Assembly (NCBI GenBank): GCA_013166775.1
Contig: JABLTJ010000004.1
Location: 105,834 to 169,833 of the forward strand
Source of the DNA: Promethearchaeati archaeon
GTDB taxonomy: Archaea > Asgardarchaeota > Heimdallarchaeia > Heimdallarchaeales > Heimdallarchaeaceae
DNA length: 64,000 nucleotides
Reading direction: 5' to 3'
How positions within the stretch are numbered: position 1 is the first letter of the stretch; the number at the start of each line of letters is the position of its first letter. The notes under the pieces were generated by a model. The model saw only the letters and a list, made by a program, of their open reading frames with translations, searched no databases and was not told the origin of the DNA. A program made the position numbers and the translations under genes. Below are positions 30,893 to 41,487 of the stretch, in pieces.

Positions 30893-31786
30893 TTGAAAGC
30901 TATGAGTTCAATGAACGACTGCCCCTACTGTGGTAGACAAATAAGAGCGTCATCAAAGTTCTGCAAATATTGTGGTCAAAGCTTGAAGATATGTCCAGAG
31001 TGTCAAGAATTAAATAACCATGATGACGCATTTTGTGCTTTATGTGGGACAGATATTTCTAAAGTAGAAGCATCAGAAACAATTAGATTAGATGAAAGAA
31101 CTGAAGAGGTGAAAGAACAAGGACAACAAAAAATTGTCATGTGGCCTCCATTATCTCCAGTAAGACAAATACAACCAAAACCACAATTTAGTGTTTTTGA
31201 AGAAGGGACACCCTATAAACCAACATCCATAAAATATCCATATAGTAGAGTACGAGCCTTAGGATTTTTAGGGGGACCATTACCTACTTCTACAGTATTC
31301 AGTGCCACAATTGAGGCATTAGGACTTGCATTAGCTTTAATTGCAGCTGGTGTAGCAATTATTGGGATAGGATTAGCTTTCTTTCAGATTCTTATTTTAC
31401 CAATCATGGCAGGAGTTCTAGGTGGAGCACTTCTACTATCAGCACCATTTTTTGGAATCTATTATGTCAGTTCAAATTGGTTATACAAAACATTTCAAAT
31501 CAAGAGGCCAGTTAAATCAATAACAATCATTTGGAATTATGCTTTGGGTACCTTGCTATTCTCTTTGGTGGGATTAATATTCGCCCCTGTTTTCATTCAA
31601 GGCAGTGCTTTATGGATTTCTCTTGCAGTTCTTGGTGGAATAATCTATCTAATGGGTCTAATAATCATACCTTTGAAAGCTTTTCTTGCTGATCTTGTAT
31701 ATGTAAAAGCAGCAATGAAACTTCGGGATGAAGGAAAGGACACTAAAGAACAAAAAGAGGATGAAAAACCAAAAACCGAAGATTAA
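30893..31786 (+). CDS. double zinc-ribbon domain membrane protein
   Basis: CPYCG..FCKYCG..CPEC..FCALCG followed by ~4 TM helices. Confidence 0.85.
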   Translation: MKAMSSMNDCPYCGRQIRASSKFCKYCGQSLKICPECQELNNHDDAFCALCGTDISKVEASETIRLDERTEEVKEQGQQKIVMWPPLSPVRQIQPKPQFSVFEEGTPYKPTSIKYPYSRVRALGFLGGPLPTSTVFSATIEALGLALALIAAGVAIIGIGLAFFQILILPIMAGVLGGALLLSAPFFGIYYVSSNWLYKTFQIKRPVKSITIIWNYALGTLLFSLVGLIFAPVFIQGSALWISLAVLGGIIYLMGLIIIPLKAFLADLVYVKAAMKLRDEGKDTKEQKEDEKPKTED

Positions 31787-31839
31787 TTCTAAATCTATAA
31801 CAGTCCGAAAATCATAAAAAGGTACATTTTTGATATTAT

Positions 31840-32418
31840 TTGATTAATATGATTGAGAATGCTTCAGAAGCTGTATATAGAGTTATTAAAGATCGGAGGA
31901 GTATAAGATCTTTTATTGACAAAGAAATTCCAGACAGTCTAGTTCAACAGATATTAGAAGCAGGATGGATGGCTCCATCTGCAGGAAATAGGCAACCAGT
32001 GGAGTTTATTGTTGTAAAAGATCCTGCTATAAAACAACGTTTATCAACACAGAAATTCGTAATAGAAGCTCCAATTGTTATAATTGTTGTAGTCAATTTA
32101 GAAAGAACAACATCAAGATATGGGGAAAGAGGAGAGACGATGTATATCTATCATGACTCAGGTTCAGCGATACAAAATATTCTGCTAATGTGTAAAGCAT
32201 TAAATCTGGGATCATGTTGGATAGGAGCCTTTAATGATGAAAAAATATCAAGATTTCTAGAGCTACCAGAAAATGTTTTACCAATGGCAATAATCCCAAT
32301 AGGATATCCAAATCAAAATCCTGATCCTCCAAGAAAAATTCCATTAGAAAAAATAAGTCATAATGAAAAATATGAAGAACAGAAAATTAAGGAATATTTA
32401 ATGTCTCTAGTTGACTGA
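31840..32418 (+). CDS. nitroreductase family protein
   Basis: RRSIRSF, APSAGNRQP, LGSCWIGAF, IPIGYP. Confidence 0.93.
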   Translation: MINMIENASEAVYRVIKDRRSIRSFIDKEIPDSLVQQILEAGWMAPSAGNRQPVEFIVVKDPAIKQRLSTQKFVIEAPIVIIVVVNLERTTSRYGERGETMYIYHDSGSAIQNILLMCKALNLGSCWIGAFNDEKISRFLELPENVLPMAIIPIGYPNQNPDPPRKIPLEKISHNEKYEEQKIKEYLMSLVD

Positions 32419-32427
32419 TCCGAATTT

Positions 32428-32976
32428 CTATTCTTTCTTCTGAATTAGTTTTACTTCTTGAGCAGATTCATCTAACTCGACTATATCATTATTCCTCAAA
32501 TCATGTAGAGCTTTGATAATTGCTGCTGGAGTGAAATTTGTTGTTTTAACTAACTCATCTCTAGTCCAAATTTCTTTATCAACACCTTGAAGCAGTAAAA
32601 GAATCTTTGTATGGGGATTAGCTGCAAATACTTTCTCAAAAAGAACAGTATAGATTGCTAGAAGTTCTTGGATTTCTAGATCCTTTGATCTTTCTTGAGT
32701 CATCTCTTCATACATTTCACGTAATCCTTTCATTTGGTTTTCTACGCTTTCAAGTTGTCTCTTATAATCAGTAGCTTCTTTTGTGAGTTTTTCAACTTCA
32801 GTGCTTTTTTCTTCCAGTTCTTTGATCTTGACTTTCAATTCTTTGTTTTCTTTCACTATATTATCAGAATAGGAAGACAATTTAGTTAGTACTGAAGGGA
32901 GTTGTTCAAATTTATCTTTAATTTGGCTATAGAGTTCTACAAAATTCTCTAGAGGAGTCTTGGTCTCTGGTTCCAT
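32428..32976 (-). CDS. coiled-coil protein with C-terminal winged-helix-like domain
   Basis: Heptad-rich N-terminal half, then PHTKILLLL..TRDELVKTT..AAIIKALHDLRNNDIVE. Confidence 0.65.
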   Translation of the reverse strand: MEPETKTPLENFVELYSQIKDKFEQLPSVLTKLSSYSDNIVKENKELKVKIKELEEKSTEVEKLTKEATDYKRQLESVENQMKGLREMYEEMTQERSKDLEIQELLAIYTVLFEKVFAANPHTKILLLLQGVDKEIWTRDELVKTTNFTPAAIIKALHDLRNNDIVELDESAQEVKLIQKKE

Positions 32977-33083
32977 AATGTGTTATAAAACGTAACACAT
33001 TATTTTAACTTTACGTCACTGTTAAACAAGTAAGTATATCCAGTAGGAAAGATTATTAAATCCTAGCCCAGTTTTACACTACT

Positions 33084-33800
33084 ATGGATACTATTATTCT
33101 TTGTGGCGGTTTAGGAACGAGAATCAGAACTGTAACTCAGGACAGTTATCCTAAAGCAATGATACAAATTTCAGGAAAAACAATTCTGGAATGGGAATTA
33201 TCTTGGCTTCGGAAAAATGAAGTTAAGCATGCTATCCTCGCTGTGAGATATCTTGCAGATTATATAGAAGAACAATATGGAAGTTGCTTTGAAACTAATT
33301 TTGGTGAAATTGAAGTCAGCTATAGCAGAGAGAGGGAAAAACTTGGATCGGGAGGAGCAGTAAAACTAGCTAACTCACTAGTAACAACAAAACAAGGAAT
33401 AATTATGAATGGAGATGTAATGACTAATTTCGACTTGCATAAAATGATGCAAGGCCATCGAAAGGACAAAATTAAAGGTACAATAGCAATAGCAAAAATG
33501 AGAAGTCCATTTGGAATCGTGGAAACTGATAATTCAGGAGCTATTTTTGAATTCAAGGAAAAACCTATTTTGGATCATTGGATACATGCAGGAGTTGATA
33601 TTTTTGAGACGGATGTACTACAAGAGTTTCCAAATACAGGACAAATGGAAGAAACAATTTTTGAAAAACTTGCAAATGAAAAGCAACTTAGAGCTTATAA
33701 TATAGATCCTAAATATTATTGGAAAAGTATCGATAATCCCAAAGATTTTCAAGAAGCTGAAAAAGACTGGAAGGGCTTAGATTTAGGAAATTGGTCCTAA
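33084..33800 (+). CDS. sugar-phosphate nucleotidyltransferase (NTP_transferase family)
   Basis: ILCGGLGTRIR, PKAM, LGSGGA, MNGD, FKEKP. Confidence 0.92.
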   Translation: MDTIILCGGLGTRIRTVTQDSYPKAMIQISGKTILEWELSWLRKNEVKHAILAVRYLADYIEEQYGSCFETNFGEIEVSYSREREKLGSGGAVKLANSLVTTKQGIIMNGDVMTNFDLHKMMQGHRKDKIKGTIAIAKMRSPFGIVETDNSGAIFEFKEKPILDHWIHAGVDIFETDVLQEFPNTGQMEETIFEKLANEKQLRAYNIDPKYYWKSIDNPKDFQEAEKDWKGLDLGNWS

Positions 33801-34592
33801 AGTTGAGGGATCCCAATCGAATCTTTTCAGAGAAAAACTTTTCTCAAAACCTATTTTTTTATATAGTCTCTCTGCACTACTTCTAGACTGAACTTGAAGA
33901 CAGAATTTTGAAGAAGTGTCTGATTTTATAATAGATTCAATATAATTTGATAAAGTGATACTTGCATATCCCTTCCTTCGAAATTTATGTTTGGTTCCTA
34001 CTCCATAAAATCCATGATAAGGTTGTTGTCTAAAGACACAAAAACAGCTTACATCTTTTCCAGAAGCTTTTCCAACATAAAATTCAATTCCATTTTCAGC
34101 TTGTTTATTTACCATTGATGAGATATATTTTCTTAAATCATTGGGATAATCGAAAGCATCGAAAAAAACATCGACCCATTTGTTAAGATTTCTAATAGTA
34201 AGTAGTTCTAGTTCCACTTCTTCACTGGTTCTAAGGTAGGGGAAACCTTCCTTATTCCAAGACATTACTGATATATCTATATGATGTGCAATCAATCTTT
34301 TTTCTCTTAATATCTTTGAATTTGTTCGAAAATATTCATCAAATGGATGTTTAATGATGAAATACTCTTTCCCGTCAGCAAAGAAAGAAAATGTATAACT
34401 CAGGAACTTATCGAAGTTTTTTTCACCTAACAGAGTCGGTGCAACATAGCTATATGTTTCTATTTTGTGATTCTTAAGAAAATATCCTAATTCATTCTTT
34501 ACTGCTATTGAATCTGGCATATAAAAGTAAAAACCATATTCGTTGAGATCTATTAGAGCTCTCTCATCTTGAGAATCATTAGAATTTGACAT
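33783..34592 (-). CDS. GNAT family N-acetyltransferase
   Basis: VGTKHKFRRKGYA and AERLYKKIGF. Confidence 0.85.
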   Translation of the reverse strand: MSNSNDSQDERALIDLNEYGFYFYMPDSIAVKNELGYFLKNHKIETYSYVAPTLLGEKNFDKFLSYTFSFFADGKEYFIIKHPFDEYFRTNSKILREKRLIAHHIDISVMSWNKEGFPYLRTSEEVELELLTIRNLNKWVDVFFDAFDYPNDLRKYISSMVNKQAENGIEFYVGKASGKDVSCFCVFRQQPYHGFYGVGTKHKFRRKGYASITLSNYIESIIKSDTSSKFCLQVQSRSSAERLYKKIGFEKSFSLKRFDWDPSTLGPIS

Positions 34593-34709
34593 AATTACTA
34601 TGATTATAGTTTCATGTATTAAATTAAATTTTGTCTTTGAACTACAGTAATGTTTACAACGTTAGCAAAAAACATTTAAAGATACAGAATTTCTGGAGTT
34701 TGAATCTGA

Positions 34710-35009
34710 ATGAGCTCTAAAGATAAAGGAGAACGAAAAGAATTCATAAGACAGATAATCCGTGGTGTAAGTGGAGCATTAGTTCTTATATTTCTACTAA
34801 TAATCTGGTTTACTTGGGATGGGATATATAATTGGTTTTACACAAAAGTAGCTCCGGGAGCTAATTTAAGTGAAGGTATTCGTGGTGATCCTCTTTTATT
34901 ATTCTGGCTGGTAATTCTCTTCCCATTACTCGCAGGTGGTATAGCTTTAGTAGTTAGCGGAGGATGGAAAGCTTACAGAATAGCTGTTCCTCCATCAGAA
35001 GAGGATTAA
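34710..35009 (+). CDS. small two-TM membrane protein
   Basis: Two hydrophobic helices in a 99-aa ORF. Confidence 0.75.
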   Translation: MSSKDKGERKEFIRQIIRGVSGALVLIFLLIIWFTWDGIYNWFYTKVAPGANLSEGIRGDPLLLFWLVILFPLLAGGIALVVSGGWKAYRIAVPPSEED

Positions 35010-35146
35010 ACGCTTTATTAAGTCATTTTTTCCCCAGTTTTTCACTTTGAACTATCACTGGATACTTTCAAAAAATTATTAATTGCATATAATTATATGT
35101 GAACGGGGTATACTGATTCAATAAGTAAAAAACTAGGTGGTTTGGG

Positions 35147-36169
35147 ATGTTCTCATATTTGGATGCGGATGTAGTTCCTATTATTCTGAAAATGTTTAGG
35201 GATAACCTATGTATACAAGAGAATGAGAAGATGATAATTGCAACAGATTATGCTAGACCAAAGGATATGATGATTAAACCTGTTGAGATTCTAGAGAAAA
35301 TTATAAGAAGAAATTTCCTAGCAAGGAGAATTCAAGAGATAGCTAAAGATAATTACCCTAATAATGAGATAGATTTGTTTTGTTATCCATGCCCTTGGGA
35401 GCAATATCCTTCACTAGATGAGGAAATTAAGAATCATATGTTTAATTATGATTTAATTTATGTTATTTCAAAATTTTCAGTTTACAAGTCTTTTTCATCC
35501 AAAGAACTTGAAAAACATGAAATAAGAGCAGCTTTCTCTCCTGGACTTGAAACAACGCTTTTTCTTCCAGAGGGACCTATGGATATGGATTTTCAAAAAT
35601 TAGAAAGAGAAGCAATGACCTTGTATAGTAAATGCAAGAAAGCTGAAAAAATTAGAATCTATACCGATTTAGGAACAGAAATTATAGTGGAACCTGATCC
35701 CAAGCATATCAAATACGAAACAGGAATATTATCTTATCCTGGAAAGAAAGCGAATTTTCCACCAGGTGAAGTTACAATAAGCAGAGCTAATATCAACGGT
35801 GTTTATACTATTCCAAAAGGATGGATAGAGGGAATAACTGCACAAGTAAAATTGGAAATAAAGGATTCAAATATTATTGCAATCTTGAGTGATGAGGAAT
35901 CAGTTAGGAAGCTTCAAAGATGGTTTGGAGGAAGTTTACCATACACGATAAACAGCTTAGCTGTAGGATTAAACGAAAATGCCAAGAATCCATTTAACCA
36001 GTTAGAGCTAGAAAAAATGAAAGGTGTGGCTAATCTTGCAGGAACTCTTAAAAAACAAACAATAAGTCCTTTTGAAACTTTCACTTTTGCAGGTCATTTT
36101 CCTACACCAAATATCTATCTTGAGATTGAAGAAGAATTAGTAATTAAGAATGGAAAATTACTATTCTAG
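35147..36169 (+). CDS. M29 (aminopeptidase T/II)-like protein with degenerate metal-binding motifs
   Basis: TDLGTEI, NFPPGEV, AVGLNENA, LELEKMKG and terminal VIKNGK match the family layout; several expected ligands are substituted. Confidence 0.7.
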   Translation: MFSYLDADVVPIILKMFRDNLCIQENEKMIIATDYARPKDMMIKPVEILEKIIRRNFLARRIQEIAKDNYPNNEIDLFCYPCPWEQYPSLDEEIKNHMFNYDLIYVISKFSVYKSFSSKELEKHEIRAAFSPGLETTLFLPEGPMDMDFQKLEREAMTLYSKCKKAEKIRIYTDLGTEIIVEPDPKHIKYETGILSYPGKKANFPPGEVTISRANINGVYTIPKGWIEGITAQVKLEIKDSNIIAILSDEESVRKLQRWFGGSLPYTINSLAVGLNENAKNPFNQLELEKMKGVANLAGTLKKQTISPFETFTFAGHFPTPNIYLEIEEELVIKNGKLLF

Positions 36170-36222
36170 ATTCTGAATTAAGACTAGAAAAATAAATAAT
36201 CTAGCAAGTTTCTATTTCTTCC

Positions 36223-36675
36223 ATGGGAGAAAAAATAAACAAAGATTTAGGTGTAAACAATTATTGTTTCGGTTGTGGTGAAGAGAACCCAATAGGAGCA
36301 AAGTTAGATTTCTACAAGATCTCAGATAATAGCTTAAAATCAACATTTACTATTCCCCTTACATGGGGAGGATGGGGAGATATTGCTCACGGGGGATTAC
36401 AAACTGTTTTGTTAGATGAGGTTTCAGGATGGTCTATCATTAGTCTTTTAGATAAATATGCATTAACTATTAATTTACAAATGAAATTTTTCAAACCTAT
36501 TTACGTTGGTGAAACTATCGTAGCTGTTAGTAAAATTGAAAATATCCAAGGAAGAAATATAACAGTAAAAAGCAGTCTAAATAATGAAAATGGAGATGAG
36601 TGCACCAAAGGGATATTCGTTTTTAGGGAAGTGGGAAAAGAAAAAATTGAAAGATTGATAAGGAAGAACAGCTAG
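36223..36675 (+). CDS. PaaI/hotdog-fold thioesterase
   Basis: CFGCG.ENP.G, AHGG...LLDE, FFKP. Confidence 0.9.
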   Translation: MGEKINKDLGVNNYCFGCGEENPIGAKLDFYKISDNSLKSTFTIPLTWGGWGDIAHGGLQTVLLDEVSGWSIISLLDKYALTINLQMKFFKPIYVGETIVAVSKIENIQGRNITVKSSLNNENGDECTKGIFVFREVGKEKIERLIRKNS

Positions 36676-36884
36676 CAGCTGGTGTGTTCGATTGCTTCTG
36701 TTGGACATGCAGTTACACAAGCACAACATTCAATACAATCATCAACATTTGATGCAAAAGATTTTCCATCTTTTAATTCAAAGACGTCAGAGGGGCATAC
36801 ATCGACACAATCACCTGCTCCAGTACATTTGTCATGATCAATCTTTATTGTCCAATCATCCGAAACAAATTCTTTTATAGACAT
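36672..36884 (-). CDS. dicluster ferredoxin
   Basis: CTGAGDCVDVCP and CIECCACVTACP; ATG 36884 taken as start (ORF extends to 36893). Confidence 0.92.
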   Translation of the reverse strand: MSIKEFVSDDWTIKIDHDKCTGAGDCVDVCPSDVFELKDGKSFASNVDDCIECCACVTACPTEAIEHTSC

Positions 36885-36982
36885 TAGTATCAAAATGGAT
36901 TAATCTTTCTTATTTTTATACTTTCTTCACAAATAAAAAAAAGCTCCACAAAATATATGATATACATTGAGATTGTTGTATC

Positions 36983-37735
36983 ATGGATTTCAAAGACAAG
37001 ACTGTAATCGTCACCGGAGCGAGTTCAGGAATTGGTGAAGCGACAGTTAAAGCTTTCATAAAAAGACAAGCAAATGTGCTGATGGTAGCAAGATCAGAAG
37101 ATAAACTCAAAGAACTATCAGATGGAGTGTACTCTAGATATTTAGCCTTAGATTTAACAGATGAAAAAGCAGCAGAGAAGATTGTAGGTGAAGCAACTAT
37201 AGAATGGGAGAGGATTGATATTGTGGTAAATGCTGCAGGAATTCTTCAAACAGGTTCCATTATGAATACTTCACTAGAAGATTTTGATTATATGATGAAC
37301 ATAAACATGAGATCTGTATTTTCTATCATGCAAACTGCAATACCGTTTCTAAAGGAAACGAAAGGGAATATAGTAAATGTTTCAAGTGTTGTTGGATTGA
37401 GAGCTTTTCCGAACATTCTTTCCTATTGTGTAAGTAAAGCAGCTTTAGATCATCTAACAAGGTGTTCAGCTTTGGAATTAGCACCCTTCGGAATCAGAGT
37501 TAATGCAGTGAATCCAGGAGTTATTACAACAAACCTTCACAAAGCAAGCGGAATGGATGAAAAATCGTATGAAAACTTTCTAGAACATAGTAAAACAACT
37601 CATCCTTTAGGAAGAGTTGGGGAACCAGAAGAAGTAGCGGAGCTAATACTTTTCTTAGCTTCAGACAAAGCAGGATGGATTACTGGAGAAACAGTCAGCA
37701 TTGATGGGGGAAGATTCTTAACTTGTTTACGCTAG
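36983..37735 (+). CDS. SDR family oxidoreductase (FabG-like)
   Basis: TGASSGIG, NAAG, YCVSK, VNPG, IDGG. Confidence 0.95.
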   Translation: MDFKDKTVIVTGASSGIGEATVKAFIKRQANVLMVARSEDKLKELSDGVYSRYLALDLTDEKAAEKIVGEATIEWERIDIVVNAAGILQTGSIMNTSLEDFDYMMNINMRSVFSIMQTAIPFLKETKGNIVNVSSVVGLRAFPNILSYCVSKAALDHLTRCSALELAPFGIRVNAVNPGVITTNLHKASGMDEKSYENFLEHSKTTHPLGRVGEPEEVAELILFLASDKAGWITGETVSIDGGRFLTCLR

Positions 37736-39183
37736 CCTAAAACGAATTTTCCTCCAAGTTTTTTCACTACTGTATTTGAATGAAAATCTCCAAATACTTT
37801 AGGAGTCTCAGTATGAATAGGTATAAGTGTTTTAGGTGAGATTTGATCAACCATTTCTTTGATTTCAAATCCTGAAGCATGACCAGAACAATGAATTTGT
37901 TCATAAGGATAAAGATTGAATAATTTCAACCAATTATCAGCTTTCACTTTCTCTATTTCCATTTCCTCATCTACTGGTTCTGTAACAGATCTGATATACT
38001 TAGAACCCTCAGGAGGTTCAACATCAAACAGGAATTTCAACTCATAAAAATCACATCTAAAGATGTAGTCTGTTGGATTTTCTTTGATGTCTTCATCAGT
38101 AACACTATTTGATTTGTTAATTAATTCTGCTTCCCAATATTGATAATCTTTCATTTGAACATAGTCTGGATAATTGTCATCGTTTAATATTCCCCAACCT
38201 TTCCGTGGAATGAAAATATTAATCTCATCTAATCTAGGAACCTCAGCTCCACAGCATTGTTCTAGAAGACTCAAGGTGTAAGCTTGTTTCATATTTATAA
38301 CTAGTTTCCTATCTACAGATTTTGCAGCAGCAATAAAAGATTTCATTCTGTCAGTATCTCTGACAGGAAAATTAACAATAATTAAACCAGAAATATCGGA
38401 TACAAGAGAATAAAGTTTACGTTCGAGATCTAATTCACCAAAAGTAGTTTTATCACCGATTCTTGTCCCTTCACTCATCATTACTACTGGATCAAATTCC
38501 GCAGCTTTTTCCACAAATAATTTACTATAATTAGCTTTTCTCCCATGAAAACGAATATCACCAGTATAAACAATTGCTCCTTCAGATGTTTCTATTACAA
38601 ATGAATTTGCTCCCGCAACTGAATGATCAACTGGAAAGGTATGAATGGTTAAATCATCTATAGTAAATTTTGGTTTGAATAGATTTAATTGTCTAGGAAT
38701 AATAGATTTGTATTCCCTTACTTTTTTTGTAGGATCAGTTTTGCTATCCCGAATCTTGAAAGCTTCTTTTATCTTTGTGTATTCATGAAAACCTGATCCT
38801 GTTTCCTCTAAAGCTTGAAGGATGCTTTTGCATCCTGGTGAGCAATGAACTGGAATCTCTGTTCTGATATAAGATAAAAATCCAGCGTGATCTAAATGAG
38901 GATGAGAAAGAACTACCCCATCATATTCTGGTTCTGTTTTACTTTCTCTTAACCTATTTTCAAAATCAGGACGATATAGTCCTTCAAGGTCGGGAAGTAT
39001 CCCCAATTTTGTAAAATCACTGATATAACTCCATTTGCGAGGTTGTAAATACGGTGTGAAATAACTCCCCCATTTTGAAAAACTTAAACCAAAATCTAGA
39101 AAGATTTTTGTATCTTTATCTTCGACAAGGATTTTGTTTCCTCCAATTTCTCCCGCTGCTCCATGAATAGTAACTGATGTCAT
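37732..39183 (-). CDS. MBL-fold/beta-CASP metallo-hydrolase, RNase J-related
   Basis: EIGGNKI, LDFG, SHPHLDH, VDHS, YTGD, EGT, HCSGHA. Confidence 0.88.
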   Translation of the reverse strand: MTSVTIHGAAGEIGGNKILVEDKDTKIFLDFGLSFSKWGSYFTPYLQPRKWSYISDFTKLGILPDLEGLYRPDFENRLRESKTEPEYDGVVLSHPHLDHAGFLSYIRTEIPVHCSPGCKSILQALEETGSGFHEYTKIKEAFKIRDSKTDPTKKVREYKSIIPRQLNLFKPKFTIDDLTIHTFPVDHSVAGANSFVIETSEGAIVYTGDIRFHGRKANYSKLFVEKAAEFDPVVMMSEGTRIGDKTTFGELDLERKLYSLVSDISGLIIVNFPVRDTDRMKSFIAAAKSVDRKLVINMKQAYTLSLLEQCCGAEVPRLDEINIFIPRKGWGILNDDNYPDYVQMKDYQYWEAELINKSNSVTDEDIKENPTDYIFRCDFYELKFLFDVEPPEGSKYIRSVTEPVDEEMEIEKVKADNWLKLFNLYPYEQIHCSGHASGFEIKEMVDQISPKTLIPIHTETPKVFGDFHSNTVVKKLGGKFVLG

Positions 39184-39282
39184 CTATTAACTTCTAGAGT
39201 ATTCAGTTAAAAAATATGCTGGAAAAAATGACTAATTTTGTCTTTGCTGAATATTTTAATAAACATTTGTTACTGTTTTACC

Positions 39283-39570
39283 ATGAGTATTCTTCGATGC
39301 CCAAAATGCAATAATATACTTGATACATATATTGGAGTTTTAAGTCCAATGGAAGTCGTGGCAGCTGATATGCTATAAAAAGGGATTATCTTCCATTGTC
39401 CAGGATGTCATTCTCGAAATTATCACTCTTCTGACTTAACATGCCCACAATGTAACACTCAAAGCTTGGGTTCGTCAATAAGTGAAGAAAAGATTCCTGG
39501 TCAGATTATGAAGAAAGTTGAGGGATCAATTTATTGTCTTAATTGTGAGTTCAAATTAGCAGTCTGGTAA
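39283..39570 (+). pseudogene. four-CxxC zinc-finger protein interrupted by an in-frame TAA
   Basis: Manual translation: MSILRCPKCNN...ADML*KGIIFHCPGCH...TCPQCN...IYCLNCEFKLAVW*; internal stop at 39376-39378; absent from the ORF track. Confidence 0.75.
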
Positions 39571-39590
39571 ATAGTGTTTCTTAATCAGAT

Positions 39591-40574
39591 TTATCGTTCA
39601 ACTACAAGTTCAACTATATCGGTATCAGCTAAAGTATGATCTAAACCTACCTGTTGTCCTTCAAATTCAGCAGATGGTCCCCATACACGAGCGAATCGGA
39701 ATCTGCTTAAGAAGCTTGTATGAATTCTTTCAGCAACATCAGTTATAGTACCACCTTCAGGAAGAACAAATGGTTGTTCTAAATCAGCTTTTTGTCCAGG
39801 TTTCTTAGTATAGATTCTTATTATTTCTAGTTGTTCAAATAATGCTTTTTTGAGATTCTCTAACGAATCATCGAACTTTATTGAGACAGGGCAGATAGGA
39901 AGAGAAGTAATTTCTTTCAACTTACTAAATTTCTCTTCAGATCCAGGTAGATCTCCTTTGGTAGCAATGATACTCAACTTATAATGAGTCTCACCGTCCA
40001 CCACTAGTTTTGAATCTTCTAGTTGTTGCATTAGAAAATTATATTGTCTATCTATATCCAATGATAAATCTATAACCATCATAATAGCATCACTAGTTCT
40101 AGCAACACGAACAATTTGTCTGTTAACTCCCCAATCGTCTTTGAAATCAAGGAAACCGGGAACATCGATAATCTGTATCTTCAAATTCTCATATTCTAGA
40201 GTACCCGCATGTGCTACTCGAGTAGTGTGCAGATAAGCACCTATTTTGACATCAGTATTAGTTATTGCATTCATTAGAGTACTTTTGCCTACGTTTGAAA
40301 GCCCAAAGAGTGCGATACGTCCATCCCCTGAAGCAGGAATATGGAAAGGATCATGTACTCTAGTTTTCGCCTTAGGTTTTATTTTTAGTTCATCAATCAT
40401 ATTTTCTAATTCTCGAAGCTGAAGTTGAAACACCCCAAGTTTATCGAGTTTTTTATCGCGAATATCTTGGATTATATCCTCTAATTCGGCTAAGAGTTCT
40501 TTTCCTTCAAGATTCCAAATTCTTCGAGCAATTTTGAATCGATACCATTTGAGTTTGGTGTATTCTTTTTTCAT
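39591..40574 (-). CDS. OBG/DRG family GTPase with TGS domain
   Basis: GLSNVGKST, DVPG, TKGD, IRIYTK, ARVWGPSA...VGLDH.L.D.D; GGAGG upstream. Confidence 0.92.
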   Translation of the reverse strand: MKKEYTKLKWYRFKIARRIWNLEGKELLAELEDIIQDIRDKKLDKLGVFQLQLRELENMIDELKIKPKAKTRVHDPFHIPASGDGRIALFGLSNVGKSTLMNAITNTDVKIGAYLHTTRVAHAGTLEYENLKIQIIDVPGFLDFKDDWGVNRQIVRVARTSDAIMMVIDLSLDIDRQYNFLMQQLEDSKLVVDGETHYKLSIIATKGDLPGSEEKFSKLKEITSLPICPVSIKFDDSLENLKKALFEQLEIIRIYTKKPGQKADLEQPFVLPEGGTITDVAERIHTSFLSRFRFARVWGPSAEFEGQQVGLDHTLADTDIVELVVER

Positions 40575-40935
40575 TCAAACACCTCCATTTTCTTTTAATT
40601 CTATTTCAATTTTTTTCTTAGTTTTAGTAAATTTATGGAAAACTAGTAGCTTGTGAGTGTGATTGAATATCATTGAAACTGATTTAGATGAAAAATCAAC
40701 GAAAACAATGACAACTACTCGCTACTAATCTAATAATATACAGGATAGTAGGAGCGAGTTCCCCTCGCATGAAGTTATTCTGCAAGAAGATAAGGTTTCA
40801 TTGTTATCAAGTGAAAAACAACCTCCAACACATATAAATTTATCTAGAATTGAGTACAACTAATTCGGCTAAATATCTAAGAAAGGAGAACAGATTGGAA
40901 TCATATTAAAATGGAACTCTAAAGAGAGGGAATAA

Positions 40936-41487
40936 ATGTCTTTTAGTAAATTGAAGAAGAAAAAGAACTTAGCAACTTTAATCTTGCTATCAATATTGTT
41001 TGTTCTGGCATCAGTTATATTACAAGCAAAAGAGAAAAAGGTAATAGATACAATTGACACTACCGAAGGGATTTTCTGTTATACCTCCAATCTTAATACA
41101 CTTTTTCTCTATTATGAAGTTAGAGTCGAACCGGGAGAAATTACTAATTTTTATGAAATCCTTCTGAATAGCTCATTACTTATTCCCTCTAATTGGGGAG
41201 TAGAAGTAACAGTTTACGACGATAAAAGTGAAGAAATCGAAGGAAACAGAATTAATAACATACTCACTTATCAATGCTCAACAAGAAATATGACTTTTAT
41301 TGTTTATCAAAATTCTTACCTTCTTGTTTCTTTTACAATAGAAGTTGAAGCGTTTTATTATGAAGCTTCAACAATAATTCTATACATATTCTTATCATTT
41401 ATTTTCATATGGATAAACTATTTGACCTATGTTCTGATAAAACGAAGAAAGGAAACAGAAAAATGGTTTAAACCATTTAGTAGATAA
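40936..41487 (+). CDS. hypothetical membrane protein
   Basis: N-terminal signal/TM segment and C-terminal TM followed by a basic tail. Confidence 0.7.
   Translation: MSFSKLKKKKNLATLILLSILFVLASVILQAKEKKVIDTIDTTEGIFCYTSNLNTLFLYYEVRVEPGEITNFYEILLNSSLLIPSNWGVEVTVYDDKSEEIEGNRINNILTYQCSTRNMTFIVYQNSYLLVSFTIEVEAFYYEASTIILYIFLSFIFIWINYLTYVLIKRRKETEKWFKPFSR
41452..41487 (+). repeat. direct repeat copy 1 (3' end of 40936..41487)
   Basis: 32/36 identical to 42640..42675. Confidence 0.9.

Noticed and set aside
40754-40768. GCGAG-N5-CTCGC hairpin and tiny ORFs upstream of the DRG GTPase gene
   Set aside because: A five-bp stem with no recognisable RNA family; could be chance.
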